64,000 nt of DNA from Octopus vulgaris (GCA_951406725.2 OX597819.1:44950001-45014000); one strand, 5' to 3'. Shown: positions 13,973 through 28,430, counted from the stretch's first letter. Program-made: numbers and translations. The notes: generated by a model not told the origin, from the sequence alone.

Positions 13973-14395
13973 TATTTTACTGACACCTTATTTCGTTAAC
14001 GGTGAAAAGCAAAGCTGATCTCCAGAGGATTTCAAATCAGAATCTACAGATCCAGAACCAATAGGGCACGGTATCCTGTGCAACACTTTAGCGATTCCGC
14101 CAATCTGCCGTTCTGATGCCAAAATATTGTAACCTATGCAGAAGGTCAAATATTTTGGGTGCAAGAAAGAAGTCGTTTATATCGACTCCAGTACTTGAAT
14201 GGTACCTCAATTCAGTGATATCGTGAGATTGAAAGGCGAATTTGATCTCAGTGGGATGTGAACTCAAATTGGAAAAGTGCTTCGCAAAAACAATATTTTT
14301 TCTATATGAACCCCAAAAAGCATTTGCTTGGACGTTCTAGCTCTTCTGCTGCACACTGCCCTGTATGATCATTATGCATTATAACATCTCTATAT

Positions 14396-14427
<32 letters not shown>

Positions 14428-14431
14428 TTGG

Positions 14432-14470
<39 letters not shown>

Positions 14471-14621
14471 CGGTGATGATGATGGTGATGATGATAATAA
14501 TGATGATGATGATGATGATGATTCTTTATACCGTAGGCGCAAGGCCAGAAATTTTGGGGGGAGATTTGGAGCCAACTTGTACAAATGTAAAGTAAAAGTC
14601 AAACATAAAATAATAATGATA

Positions 14622-14832
14622 ATCCTTTCTACTATAGGCACAAGCCCTGGAATATGGGGGGGGGGATGAGTCGATTACAACGATCCAAGTATTTCATTGG
14701 TACTTAATTTATCGATCGCGAAAGGATGAGAGGCAGTGTCGACCTCGGCGGAACTTGAACTCAGAACGTAGCGACGGGTGAAATATTGCTAAGCACTTAG
14801 TCCAGCGCGCTAATGACTCTGCCAGCTCGCTG
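14622..14832 (-). mobile_element. SINE family A between (AAT)n runs
   Basis: Reverse complement of the family A head and Meta-like domain; AAT runs on both sides. Confidence 0.85.
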
Positions 14833-14836
14833 CACT

Positions 14837-14899
<63 letters not shown>

Positions 14900-15811
14900 G
14901 TTTTCTCGTTCGTATTGGCATAGAGCCACTTCGATAATAGAAACAAAACTAAAACAAGTGAGACAGCATGTCATAAAACAAATATGCGGCATTCATCATC
15001 CGCAAAATTTCATTTGCTCCTAACATTATCTAATCAAAGAACACTGTAAAAACCCATATAACTTCGATTACATCTTCAATTATTGTTTTCTAGTGTGTTT
15101 TTCTTGTTGTTATTTTCGCACTGTTTTTACCAAGTTGCTAATAATATTTATCGATTTTTTTTGTTATTGTTGTTGTTATTGTTGTCGATGTCTCTTCTTC
15201 CGGAGTAAAGGTTTCTGTCGCTGTTAACTATTGTTGGCGTTTGTGATGGTGTGTTTTTGCTAATGTTACTCTTGTTTCAATGATTGATTTGAAGCCAGCT
15301 TAAATGTGTTGCATTGATTTCTTTTTTTTTATTATTATATTTATCATGAGCACCACACCCTTTCGTCTGTCGCAATTCATATCAGATTTACTTTTAATCC
15401 GGCACGGTTTAATTTCTACCAATTTCGAATTCCTTTGGTAATTGTTGTTTCTGAAATAGTCACAAGCTGGAATAGCTTTCAGGGCCTGGCTACGGTAGAA
15501 TATATTACATTATATTAGACCACATCATAATCAGTACATGAGTAGCAATTATATTATCGATCGCGAGAAAACGAAATGTCAAGTCGACGTCAGCGCGATT
15601 TGAACACCAGATTTAAAGAGTAACAATACTCTCCATGCCGCTTTTACTTTAATGGTTTTTTTTATATAGGCAGAATGTGAGGCATTTTGAGAGAGCAGAA
15701 TAATTAATCGACACTAGAAATTTACTGGGGCTTTATTTATCGATCCCAAAATAATGACAGTCAGATAATCTTATTTATGGTTTTTGACTTCATTTAGCTT
15801 TTTGGTTTATA

Positions 15812-15831
15812 TTAATAATAACAATAATAAC

Positions 15832-15884
<53 letters not shown>

Positions 15885-15925
15885 TGATGATGATGAGGAG
15901 GAGGAGGAGGAGGGGGAGGAGGAGG

Positions 15926-15971
<46 letters not shown>

Positions 15972-16100
15972 TAATAATAATGATAATAATGATAATAATA
16001 ATAACGAGAAGAAGGAGGAGGGGAGGAGGAGGAGAAGAAGAAGGAGAAGAAGAAGAAGAAGAAGAAGAAGAAGAAGAAGAAGAAGAAGAAGAAGAAGAAG
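15812..16100. repeat. Compound microsatellite (AAT)n-(GAT)n-(GAG)n-(AAT)n-(GAA)n
   Basis: Seen directly. Confidence 0.95.
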
Positions 16101-16120
16101 AAAGCTTTTGATAATAATAA

Positions 16121-17187
16121 AAAAAGGCTTTTGATAGCCTACCACATAGCAGGATTAAGAAATGCCTGGAATTGTATAAAATAGCGCCTACTCTGCGTAA
16201 CTTGTTATCTGTAAGTATGAGATCATGGAGAACCACACTGATTTTGAACAGTGACAATGAATCTCTAAATGCTGGAGATGTAAAAATTTCATGTGGCATT
16301 TCCCAGGGTGACTCACTATCACCACTCCTCTTTTGTCTAGTCTTAATACCTCTCTCAAAATTGCTCAATGATGCACAGTACGATTATAAAATATCTGATA
16401 AAAATATAAATCATCTCATTTACATAGATGATTTAAAGCTAATTGCAAAAAATGACCAACAACTCAAGGGCTTTCTAGCGATTGTTAAACAATTCAATGA
16501 TGACATCAGGATGCAATTTGGCCTCGATAAATGCGCAAAAGCTACATTTATCAAAGGTAAAATGACAGAAATATCTAACGTTAACCACGACCAGCAGAAT
16601 GTCGTAAAAGAGATAGAACCAGCGGAGAGCAACAAATACCTAGGGGCACTTGAAGTGGACGGAATCGGACATTCTGTGACGAGGGAAAGGAGCAGAAGAA
16701 AATGTTATCGCAGGGTGAGAGCAATACTTGCAATACTTAAGACAAAGTTGAATGCAAGAAAGAAGCGATCAATGCTTTAGCCATACCAGTAGTGACTTAC
16801 AGTTTCAATAGCATTAACTGGTCAATTATTGAAATATGTAATCTTGAACGAAAAATGCGAAAACTGTTGTCAATGCATAGACTGCACCACCCTAAGGCAG
16901 ATATAGAGCGAATTTATCTGCCAAGAAAGGAGGGAGGCCGTGGACGTTTATAACAGGCATTAACAATTAAGACTGACACAATTGGTCTAGATACCTACTT
17001 GAAAAACTCTGAGGACTGGATGTTAAAACTTGTCTCAAAACATGAAAATAAGAAATTATCATACTCAGTTAGAAAACAGGCAAAGGGATATCTTAGTGAA
17101 TTACAAATACAGCAAATTCCAGAATTAGACATACTAGTAACAAGCGCAGAAAAAGCTAAGCGCATGAAAACCCGTGCTAAAACTGAC
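16121..17187 (+). mobile_element. R4/Dong-like LINE reverse-transcriptase fragment
   Basis: KKAFDSLPH; ORF 16172-16780 with GISQGDSLSPLLFCL, HLIYIDDLKL, FGLDKC, KYLG; then HHPKADIERIYLPRKEGGRG. Confidence 0.9.
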
Positions 17188-18405
17188 GGAATATTTAGAA
17201 CGCCGGGCAAAATGCTTCGCGGCATTTCGTTCATCTTCACATTTTAGTCGGTAATAGTACCGAGGTCGACTTCATCCTCCATCCTTTCGCGATGATTGAA
17301 ATAAGAAGCAGTTGAGCACTGGTGTGGATCTACTAGATAAACCTGCTTTCACAAATGTCCAAGACAGGTGCCTAAAGTAGAAAGGGTCATTATTTCCTTT
17401 CTATAAGATATAAACTAAGATACAAACATGAGAGACCGGAGCAAAGCGATCCATGTATTTATCTGGGCCGCCAAGAGTTCAATTCATATTCGATAAATTG
17501 GGCATGTAACACCTTTCTTCTTGATCATTTGTCGAGCTATATGCCAATAGTTTTTATAATATTCGATGATGTACTTACATTCTAAGTTCGTATCATGTTA
17601 CCACCACCACCTCAGAGTGTATGCTGTTAGCACCGATATTGGAATGAAATGGAATAATTGAAATGGCATGATCGATATAATTGTTTCTACCACAGTTCCA
17701 TATTTGTTTCTTTTTGTCTATCATAAATGTCGGTATTGGCTGTTGAGATTTATTATGTGATAAATGTTATACATAACATTATTTTAGCATTAGACAACGC
17801 TTAATTGAGGGTTTTACAATATCGGAGTCTGTTGCCCCACTTGCTGCTCTAACAACATCGAATATATTTAACTCTCTTTGGCCGTACTTGTAAAATTTAT
17901 CGATTGCTGTCATTGGCACAATGACAGAAATTTTGGCTGAGGGTGTAATCGATTAACTCTGTTTCAGTATATTATTGGAATTTATATTATTGATCCTACG
18001 TTGACAAAAATGGAGTCGGCCTTAGTCTATTTTGAAATGAATACGTAAAGGGACGTAATAAAGTACTTCAGGTGATTTAATACATCACTCTCCCTATAAA
18101 CACACACGCAGACGTATGTATATATGTATACATGTATGTTCATATGCATGTGTGTGTCTACACAGACACATACATATATGTATATGGTCTAGTAATTACG
18201 TTGTTGCACTCACGATTGCGAGATTGGGATTTCAATTTTCAGACTGGGTAGATTGGTGTATTTTTGAGTAAAACATTTGTTTTCACGCTGCTCTGCGATC
18301 ATGAGGCATACTTGTGAAACTGTAAAGCCCAAATCGATTTGATGGAGCTTATGCACAACACATACATTTGATCCTTATAAAGAAAATATGTGTGCAGGAA
18401 GGGAG

Positions 18406-18491
<86 letters not shown>

Positions 18492-18899
18492 AAATTAATT
18501 TAAACATCGAGTCCGAAATGAGTCGAACAGTCGAGCTGATGAAGCAACGGAAATTGATGAAACTGACGTGTCAGTGTTAGGAAATCTCGATAGGCGCTTT
18601 TCGGACGATTATGATCCCTGTTAATGTATATGGTTTCATTCATGTGCATTAACTACAGCATTAGAGCAGTTTAGCTGTTATTTCTAGCATTGTAAGTTTT
18701 CCTAACCCCCTAGTTGTATTTAGTGACATTTGTAATTCTTCTTCTTCTTCTTCTTCTTCTTCTTCTTCTTCTTCTCATATATATATATATTATATTATGG
18801 TTGCCTCCTCGTTATCGAGTATATATATATACTCTGGGAATCGAAACCGCGATCCTACGACCGCGAGTCCGCTGCCCTAACCACTGGGCTATTGCGCCT

Positions 18900-18948
<49 letters not shown>

Positions 18949-18949
<1 letters not shown>

Positions 18950-19310
18950 CTTATTATAAAAGGCAGATTTTATCTGCCTCCCTTTGGGAGTTATACAAAT
19001 CTACAATATAGGATTTCTTCAATTACAATTTACCTAGCATTTTTAAGAGTACAATGCATCGCGTCATGCCAGGTCCAGTTTTTAAAATTTAAACTCCAAT
19101 TAAGCAAAATTTACAGAAAACTCACATTCTGGTGTGTGTGTCAAATGCTTTTCTTAGTCTGGTTTACACCACACGCAAACGCACACACACAGTGGGCAAC
19201 GAATAAAATGAAACTAATTCACTTACTGTAGTGAGTGATTCTTTCACTCTGCCTCCCACTTCCTCTTTCCACACATAGACACGCAAATATATAAATAAAA
19301 TTGTAAGCTA
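18949..19310 (+). mobile_element. Probable Helitron-like non-autonomous element, 5' part
   Basis: A|TCTTATTATAAAAGGCAG start resembles the 5' ends of the other Helitrons; no 3' CTAG hairpin was found. Confidence 0.4.
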
Positions 19311-19324
19311 ACGTGCATGTGTGT

Positions 19325-19362
<38 letters not shown>

Positions 19363-19980
19363 GTGCGTGTGTGTGTGTGTGTATGTGTGCGTGTGCGTGA
19401 GTGTGTGACAGGAAAGTTTTTTACGATGAATATAACACCTATATCCAAGTAGCAGAAAGATAAGACAGTAAGGTGTGATTTGAGGGAGATTTGGCTGCTA
19501 TTTCTACCATGTCTAGCTGCCATGTAGGGGTCTCCCTCATAGGCTCATACATATATACATAGATAAGACAGTAAGGTGTGATTTGAGGGAGATTTGGCTG
19601 CTATTTCTACCAGGTCTGTTAGGCCTTCTCATGTAAACTCAAGCTTTCTCATGCTTTGAACATAAGACCAAAGCAGAGAATGTATTCTTTTATTCTTCTG
19701 CTTTTTCCAGCCATTGGTCTGTGGCCATGCTGGGGCAATGCCTTGAAGAATTGTAGTTTAATGAATCAACTCCAGTTTTATTTTTGTAAGCATTGTACTT
19801 ATTCTATCTGTTTCCTTTGTCAAACCACTAGGTGACAGGGATGTAAACAAACTAACATTCGTTGTCAAGCAGTGGTGGAGGACAATCACAAGCACAGACA
19901 CGCACACACACACACATACATGCATACACATATACACACATACATACATACATATATATATATGTGTGTATATATATATT

Positions 19981-20236
19981 GCAGCGTGGAAGGTGTTTGT
20001 AAGCCATTTAAGAAACACACAAAAACCGTTACATTCACTTCAACATTTAAATTTAATTTGCCAAAATATTTTCGTCGCTTTGAGACGGCGACCTGTTCAC
20101 TGACAAAAATATCGTGCTAACAGGTCACGGTCTCAAAGCGACGAAAATATTTTGACAAATTAAATTTAAATGTTGAAGTGAATCTAACGGTTTTTGTGTG
20201 TTTCTTAAATGGCTTATAAACACCTTCAACGCTGCA
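19981..20236. repeat. Inverted repeat with about 115-bp arms (PLE-type end)
   Basis: 19981-20097 is reverse-complementary to 20119-20236 with few mismatches. Confidence 0.9.
20057..20107 (-). ncRNA. Minimal type I hammerhead motif with a G3-C8 swapped core
   Basis: Minus strand: UUUGUCA-GUGAACA-G-GUCGC(CGUCUCAAA)GCGAC-GAAA-AUAU-U-U-UGGCAAA. Confidence 0.55.
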
Positions 20237-20389
20237 ACTGTTTTCGTTCCAGCACACGATCTCAGATCAAGTCACTTGCTATGCAAGTACATCTCTGTAA
20301 CTATATATATATATATATATGTATATTGGTAAAAACAGTAAGATAACAAAAGAAAGAAAGAGACCTCAATATTATGTAAATAGAGGAAA

Positions 20390-20784
20390 TCTTTATATAT
20401 AAAAGTGAGGTTGTGTGTCTGTCTCCTACGATTTAGATTCCTAACTACTCCCACATTTTGCGGTGCAGTTTAACCAAAACCGGGTATCTTATAGTCGTGA
20501 TTCATATCGAGACCGTCTGGGTATTAGCGCGCGTCTACGATGAGTCTACGATTTAAAAAAAAATTTACCATCAATTTTTCCCATTGTTAATCCATTTTTG
20601 ACATATATAAGGGAAGTAACTCTCTAAAATTTATTATTAAATCTCAGAACGTAAAAAGCTACAGTAACACCCCTCCCCCTTTGTGGTTAGCCATATTGAG
20701 ATGGCTATTATACTTTACATCTCTAAAAATGCTTATATAATTATTTCCCTTACAAACCCGAGCAACGCCGGGCGATACTGCTAG
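20390..20784 (+). mobile_element. Non-autonomous Helitron
   Basis: A|TCTTTATATATAAAAG start; ends CCCGAGCAACGCCGGG hairpin..CTAG|T; homologous to 25699-26088. Confidence 0.9.
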
Positions 20785-20821
20785 TATATATATATATATG
20801 TAGATAGTAGATAGATAGATT

Positions 20822-20892
<71 letters not shown>

Positions 20893-21989
20893 TGATTGAT
20901 AGAGAGATAGATTGATAGAGAGAGAGAGGGGGGAGAGATTTCACAGCTTGGTGTCTTAAGAAAGGAACAACACAAAGTTTTATGAACACTGATGTGTGGA
21001 ATGAATGATGCGATGGTTACGGCATAGTCGTCTTTGAGCATCGGTTTGCTGGATCACCGGCGCCTTGGGGCTAACAACAGCAACCAGAACAATGACGACA
21101 ACGATATTTATAGTAAAAATTGAACAAATATGCTGTCGAAATTTGAACAGCTGTCATGGCATCACTGACCAGTAACTTACTGCTTCGGTCACCTTCGCTC
21201 TATTTAACGAAACTAAACACAAAATTTAGAAAATAAACAAACAGTAATAATACAACACTAACTTCCATTAATTAACAAAGCAAGGAAAATGCATTTTTCC
21301 AGAGCAATAAATGCAGCATTTATTGACGTTAGTAAACGAGATAATAGTATTTTTTTTAAAAAAATTTTGACATGTTTTCATTGTGTCGTCGGTTTAATTT
21401 TTGGTTGGTTGCGTTAGTCGGCCTCTCTGTTTGAAGGCATAAAAACAAAATGTTAATGTATTCTTTCAAAATAACCATAAAAACGAGTTGAGTTGCAATT
21501 TTATACTAGACAAAAGGGAACCAGAGTGTTTAAAATGTCACAGACTAATGAAAACAGTTAAAATAGAGTCGTCGTCACTAGGGCAATGGGCAGCTATCTT
21601 CTTTTAGTGACCTTGTTATCTTTCGCATTTCTGTGACAGTCATGTCCTCTACTGACCCTTTACCTAGCGCCCCTACCTTCAATAACATTGCAATATTGTT
21701 GTCGTTAACCCTAATGACAAAAACAAAATAAAAACCCTTTAAAGTTTGATTACACTTTCATCTTATTACTAAAGTTTCGAAATTATTTTTAGAGATTTTG
21801 CAAGGTAGCATTGCGTATTTGCTATCATGATGATGGTTAAGATGATGATGATGCCACTGATGATGATAAAGATTATCATGATGATGATCATAATGAAGAC
21901 CATCATGGTGGTGGTGGTCGTCGTCGTCATCCTCGTTGTCATCATCTTTGACATTGTCGTCATTATCATAGTTATTTTCCCCCTTATCG

Positions 21990-21990
21990 A

Positions 21991-22057
<67 letters not shown>

Positions 22058-22100
22058 ATAATAATTATTATTATTTTTATTATTATTATTATTATTATTA

Positions 22101-22196
<96 letters not shown>

Positions 22197-22308
22197 TTGA
22201 TATTATTATTGTTATTATTATGATCACCATCATCAATCGTCATCGCCTTCATCGTCGACCATCAACAACCTCCTTCTCTTCCTCCACATCACCATCATCA
22301 TCACCACC

Positions 22309-22356
<48 letters not shown>

Positions 22357-22363
22357 GTCATCG

Positions 22364-22399
<36 letters not shown>

Positions 22400-22400
22400 A
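21990..22400. repeat. (ATT)n-(AGT)n-(CAT)n microsatellites
   Basis: Seen directly. Confidence 0.95.
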
Positions 22401-22941
22401 CATAACCATTATCATTATGACCATCATATTTATTAATTATAGATTTGTATTTCAGAAAGTTAAATATTTATGCAACTGCTGCAGAATGTAGAATTTAATG
22501 TTATTGTGTTCTTTCTTTCTTTACATTTTATTTAGGTTTCGTTGAAATATTATTTGTTTTGTTGATTTAATATGGCTTTTCTGCTGAATTTTCAGTTTTA
22601 TTTTCAAATTTAAAAATTAATAACTGGAATGCAAAACAATCAAAAATTTAATATCTTAATCTGTTAGTAAAATGCTGATTCGTTTAGACAATTGAAATAA
22701 TAGTATTCGTAGACGTAAATAAAATTATTAAACTGATAAATTCTGATTTAGTTATAAATATTGAATATATTATAAGTACTTATAGTTAATCAATTACCAC
22801 CATTATTTGTCTGAAATTAATGGTTTCTTAACAAATGCATTTATTCTGGGTACAAAGATATATACCTTCAGACAGACGAAGAAAAGTATAGAGATTTGAA
22901 TATATTCTGAAGCAACTTCACTTTCTTTTATAACATTGGTA

Positions 22942-23104
22942 GGCGTAGGAGTGGCTGTGTGGTACGTAGCTTGCTTACGAACCACATGGTTCCGGGTTCA
23001 GTCCCACTGCGTGGCAGCTTGGGCAAGTGTTTTCTACTATAGCCACGGGCAGACCAGAGCCTCTTGAGTGGATTTGGTAGACGGAAACTGAAAGAAGCAC
23101 GTCG

Positions 23105-23106
<2 letters not shown>
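22942..23106 (+). mobile_element. SINE family B, 5' half (tRNA-like head plus CORE-like domain)
   Basis: ggcgtaggagtggctgtgtggta..ggttccgggttcagtccc..cttgggcaagtgt; also at 57122, 57838 and 62885. Confidence 0.85.
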
Positions 23107-23140
<34 letters not shown>

Positions 23141-23165
23141 TAGATAGATAGATAGATAGATAAAT

Positions 23166-23206
<41 letters not shown>

Positions 23207-23294
23207 CAGATAACGGAAGAGATGGTGTTGTGGATTTCCACCTCGGCATCCGAAACATTAAGGTAAAAATTACCTACTTCCTTTTCTTATCTTT

Positions 23295-23387
<93 letters not shown>

Positions 23388-23542
23388 TTATCTATCTATC
23401 TGCATATATGTACATGTGTATATATATATGTGGGTACATATGTATGTATGTAGATACGTATGTATGTATGTATGTATGTATGTATGTATGCATGTATGCA
23501 TGTATGTATGCATGTATTTATGCATGTATTTATGCATATGTG

Positions 23543-23616
<74 letters not shown>

Positions 23617-25048
23617 TGTATATATCTATGCATGTATGAAAGTGTAATCATCAGCGAAATAATGTTTACTCTATCTTTCCTTTTTATTGTTTCTCCAACT
23701 GAATATCTATCTGCGTGCCTGTAAATCTTTCTGTCTGTCTGTCCATCTGTCTGTCTATCTCTTTGTATGTTCGTAGCTCTCTTTCTCTCTCTCTCAATCA
23801 CTCCATCTCTCACTCTCTCTCTCTCTCTTTTCTTCTCCTTCCCGTCACAATATATGACAATAGTGATATCTTCATGTATCTAATTACCAATGAAACGCAG
23901 GGATTAAGAGGGAAGGAAAAATTACAAGAATACAGGAAATGCCAAAAGCGAAAGTAGAAAAACGTAGTCTGGTATTATTTAATGTATAATGGTATCTAAA
24001 AGAAGACTCTGTGTGTGTGTGTGTGTATGTGTGTGTGTGAGTGAGAGAGAGAGAATATGACTGGGAGGGAGGTAGAGAGAAAAGGTGATAGTGAAAGTGA
24101 AAGACTTTGTGCGAGGGCTAGAAAGATTAAAGGAGATAATGAAGAAGAGCGAAAGCAATAATGAAAGAAAGGATATCTTCTCTATCACCGCTAGCCTCGC
24201 CCCTACCGACACCACTTTTACTATTATCTCAGCCACTACCACTTCTATCATCAACACTACTCCCACCTCTATCACCTCAAACTTAACCACCGTCCCTACA
24301 ACAAAACTAGTACCATCAAACCCACCACCATCACAACCAGCACCTATTCAGCATCACATCCAAACATTCAGCCACCACCTCTACCACCACCTAAGAATAA
24401 ACCTCAACAATCAGCAAGAACAAATACATCAATATTATCTCACCTCACCACCATTACGACGACCATCACTACCATCACCACTGAGACAGCCAACACCTCC
24501 ATAACCATCACCACTGCCATAACCGCCAGCACAACACCTTCCTACAGCGACGTCTATAATTTACACGCAATAAATTAAAGATTTTGCAAAATACACACAA
24601 AGAAGGAAAAAAAAACCCACAGAAAACTATTAAAACAATAGGGAAAGCAGGTATGGACAAATAATTTAGAGACGGAAGTAAACTTCGCAGAATGATGATA
24701 TCAGAGAACAGAGTATTCGCTAGAGGTTCGATTCCTTGCAAAGAGACATTGTTTACTTGTACAAAACTTCAGTCGTTTAGTTACAAGTCGACTCCGGTGG
24801 AGTAGTCTTGAATTATGTTCCAGCCGTGATCGTCCGTTCTATTTATTCGGACAGTAATTTTAGGACCACATTCTTTGAATATTTTTTCATTCATTTAATA
24901 CAGTAGGGTGTGAATTGAGGGAGAGAATACTTGTTATTTCTTGCAGGTGGAAAGACTATATAGAGAAGTACCTCTCTCCGTAGCTCAAATGGAAGCTGTC
25001 TACATGATAATAATTTCTGACAGGTATTTTAAGGAACTTAGTGTATAC

Positions 25049-25281
25049 CTATTTCTTTACTACCCACAAGGGGCTAAACACAGAGGGGACAAACAAGGAC
25101 AGACAAATGGATTAAGTTGATTACATGGATCCCAGTGCGTAACTGGTACTTAATTCATCGACCCCGAAAGGATGAAAGGCGAAGTCGACCTCGGCGGAAT
25201 TTGAAATCAGAACGTAACGGCAGACGAAATACTGCTAAGTATTTCGCCCGGCGTGCTAACGTTTCTGCCAGCTCCCCGCCT
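25049..25281 (-). mobile_element. Full-length SINE family A with target-site duplication
   Basis: Flanks aacttagtgtatacc (25035-25049) and aacttaatgtatacc (25284-25298). Confidence 0.92.
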
Positions 25282-25399
25282 TCAACTTAATGTATACCAT
25301 CGACTCCAGTACATGACTAGTACATCTTTTTTTTGTTTCTTTTTTTTTTTGGCTCCGTAAGAATGAAAAACAAAAAGGATGGGGTCCTATTCCCAATAG

Positions 25400-25650
25400 T
25401 GAAATGTTCTTGTTCAACTTATGACGCTGGAGATAAAATAAAGACTGGACGAGGTTGGCAAAATGCTTAGGGTGGTCAGGAAAGAGAGCAAACAATAATT
25501 CCAAGCTGACAGCATGCACGACCTGAAAAAGGAGATGCCTACACCTGTAACTGGAAAGTGCTGCAATCACATTGGAGACTTATAGTATAACCAGAAAACT
25601 ACCTCCATTCCTTGGTTGCGAAATAGGAAAACTAACCAATTGCTCCGGAC
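25400..25650 (+). mobile_element. Decayed RTE-like LINE 3' end
   Basis: Remnant of the C-terminal Zn-finger region (YTC..C..IG..), read by eye. Confidence 0.3.
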
Positions 25651-25698
25651 AGATGGTCGTATAGTAAAAGTAATATTTGATGCGTTTTTATATAACAA

Positions 25699-26088
25699 CT
25701 AGCAGAATCGCCCGGCGTTGCTCGGGTTTGTAAGGGAAATAACTATATAAGCATTTTTAGAGATGTAAAGTATAATAGCCGTCTCAATATGGCTAACCGC
25801 AAAGGGTGGTGGTGTTACTGTAGCTTTATACGTTCTGAGATTTAATAATTTTTTAGAGAGTTACTTCCCTTATATATGCCAAAAATGCATTAAAAATGGA
25901 AAAAATTTATGGTAATTTTTTTTTAAATCGTAGACTCATCGTAGACGCGCGCTAATACCCAGAAGGGCTCGATATGAATCACGACTATAAGATACCCGGT
26001 TTGGGTTAAACTGCACCGCAAAATGTGGGAGTAGTTAGGAATCTAAATCGTAGGAGACAGACAGCACACAACCTCACTTTTATATATA
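25699..26088 (-). mobile_element. Non-autonomous Helitron
   Basis: Reverse complement of 20390-20784 (CTAG plus hairpin at 25699-25727). Confidence 0.88.
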
Positions 26089-26599
26089 ACAACATATTTG
26101 TAATGCTCTACATTTTCTGAAATTTATTTTCCAACACTTAATGTAGGCATGAGCCATCCTGATGGCAAATAAGTGGTATTTGTTTTATTATTTATAATTA
26201 TTAGTATAATTAGAATAATCTCCCAGTGATACAGGTAAAAGGGATCGCGAATAACTAAACCGTTCATTCTGTTTCTCGCGTGCAATTTAAATGAATAAGA
26301 CTCAAGTTCCTTTGATTATGAAAAAGATCATTTACACATATTTACATACACTCACACACATGCACACACACAAACTTACAAATATATACATTCACACGCA
26401 AACATATATAAATACATTTTTATGCTACATGCATAGAAATAATACAACGTTTTCGATTTCGTAAAGGAGTTCTTTCCTGGTTCTATTTTTATGTCATATA
26501 TTTGTTTTGTATCTTAGCTGGTTTCTGCTGCTGCTGCTGGATTTATCTACAATTGAACACGTCTGGAAATAAACAATCAAGTCGTACTGAAGCTAGTAA

Positions 26600-28420
26600 G
26601 TAGCGCGTAAAAGAACCGTGAAATGATTAAAATTGATATTAAACCTAATATGTTAGAAAGGCTTCCCGCTGAAGTAAATATCATTAACATTGCCAAAACA
26701 TTAAAGCTTGCAACGATTATGGAGAGATCAATACGTGGCAATAAAGAGAACGTATATGTCAAGTACTCAAGAAGTTACTCGATTAAATGCCCGAACATAA
26801 TTTCTTCATAGACCCAAAGTGTTGCTTAAAATGGGACGGATCTTGGTTGGATGGAGCGAGGATGAAATCGACGTAATATGTTTATAAGTCAAAAAATTGT
26901 ATGATGCTTTACAGAAAAAAGATTGTAAAACTTCTAATAAAGAAAGCGTTTTTTTTCTTCTTTTTAGGTGGTAAAAGCTATTTGGAAAGGACTAAGAAGC
27001 GCTGGATTTGTACAACATTAAGGGGCTATTAATTATCCCAACTAGTTAAAAGAAGGATTTTTTAAAGAGGGATACGCAACAGCAAGTATTCAACGTTGAA
27101 GAAACTACTTATTTCTGGAATTCAAGTCCTCTAAGACATTTCTTAAGCAGAAAATTCAACACTAGGAGTTGATGACCCTTCTCGTGTATCTAACGGTTTT
27201 CAAGGGTTTCAAAAAGTTTAGTTTACCTCCGATTTAGTTTTCGCATAAGAAGGCATGGATGAATTAGAAAAGTTTTGAAGAATGGTTCACAAACAAGTTT
27301 GTCTAATCCTGCTCTAGAAAGGTAGAGAGTCCGATAATATTTGCCACACAACATTGTGCCTCTAAGAAAATGCACAAAGTTATCTTGTGAACTTGAAGAA
27401 GTTTCTAATAATGTGATAGTTGAATATATCACCAACAATGCAAATTAATTTCTGTAGTCATTGGATCAGGTTCTGCCGGTAAAGCACTAGGCATATCTGA
27501 GAAAAACTTTCAAACAGCGTATGGAAATAATTGATAGAGGAGATGAACACTACGGAAACTGACTTCTGGAAGATGGTTAACATAATGGTGCTGTAGCTCG
27601 GTTACGTGATGAACTGAAACACTCAAATTTGAATGGTGCCCTGAAAAATATAAGGCCAAATACTTTCAGTAACTTTACAAGTTTTCAGTATGCTAGAAAT
27701 CTACATCAATCTCGAAAAGATATTGTAGCCTTTGCAAATGATGTAAGTTTTGCAGAAGTAATAAGTGATGAGCTGGTACAGTTGCTAGTGCCACTCATTG
27801 TGAATAATTATCTAACAAGGAGCTGATGCTTTTCAAAACAAAAAAAGTCAAAAATTCAGGATGTGAATACGAAAATTCAACAAACTCTTCTTAAATAGAT
27901 TTCACACGGTATTAACGTATGAAGGCCTACAAGATTTGTTTATAACTACCTTAAACCTGAAGGTAACATGAAAATTAAAAGAGGAATTTAATATGCTTAA
28001 TTATTACAATGAGTTCTACAAAAAGATGACGCGCCATTAATATCAAACATTTTGGTATAAGTTCTTCACCCTAAAGTTGGTGTTGATGATGCCACTTATC
28101 TTCCCACTAACTTTAATTCCATGTTCACCAACCTACCACAAGTCTCACCTTTTAGCGTTAAAACGTACCATTGTACCTTATTAAAATATTTATATATTCT
28201 CTAACGTATTCCACTTCAAATGTTTTTTTTTTATGTAGATATATTGCACTGCATATGTTTATAACTTGTTTGTTTTCCTGCTTAAAACTGATGTTGCTTT
28301 TGATGTTGTTTTAAAGCAAATTTATCGGAAAGCATTATCATTTTATATATTTCGCTTTATATAATTTTGTGCTGCACCATGTTTTCAGGAACACTCGTCC
28401 TCTGTAATGCAGGGGATACA
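26600..28420 (+). mobile_element. Decayed Tigger/pogo (CENP-B-like) transposase element
   Basis: N-terminal HTH-like IDIKPNMLERL..IAKTLKLAT; QQQVFNVEETTYFW; KKAWMN*KSFEEWFTNKFV; VIVEYITNNAN*FL*SLDQ. Confidence 0.75.
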
Positions 28421-28430
28421 CATCTATATA

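Noticed and set aside
21170-21215. Possible minus-strand microexon (..aatag|agcgaaggtgaccgaagca|gtaagt)
   Set aside because: It is 19 nt and not frame-preserving, has a weak acceptor, and has no partner exons; it cannot be supported without RNA-seq.
24085-24504. 139-aa Thr/Pro-rich ORF resembling a mucin
   Set aside because: It derives from degenerate ACC/ATC low-complexity sequence, with no convincing exon signals.
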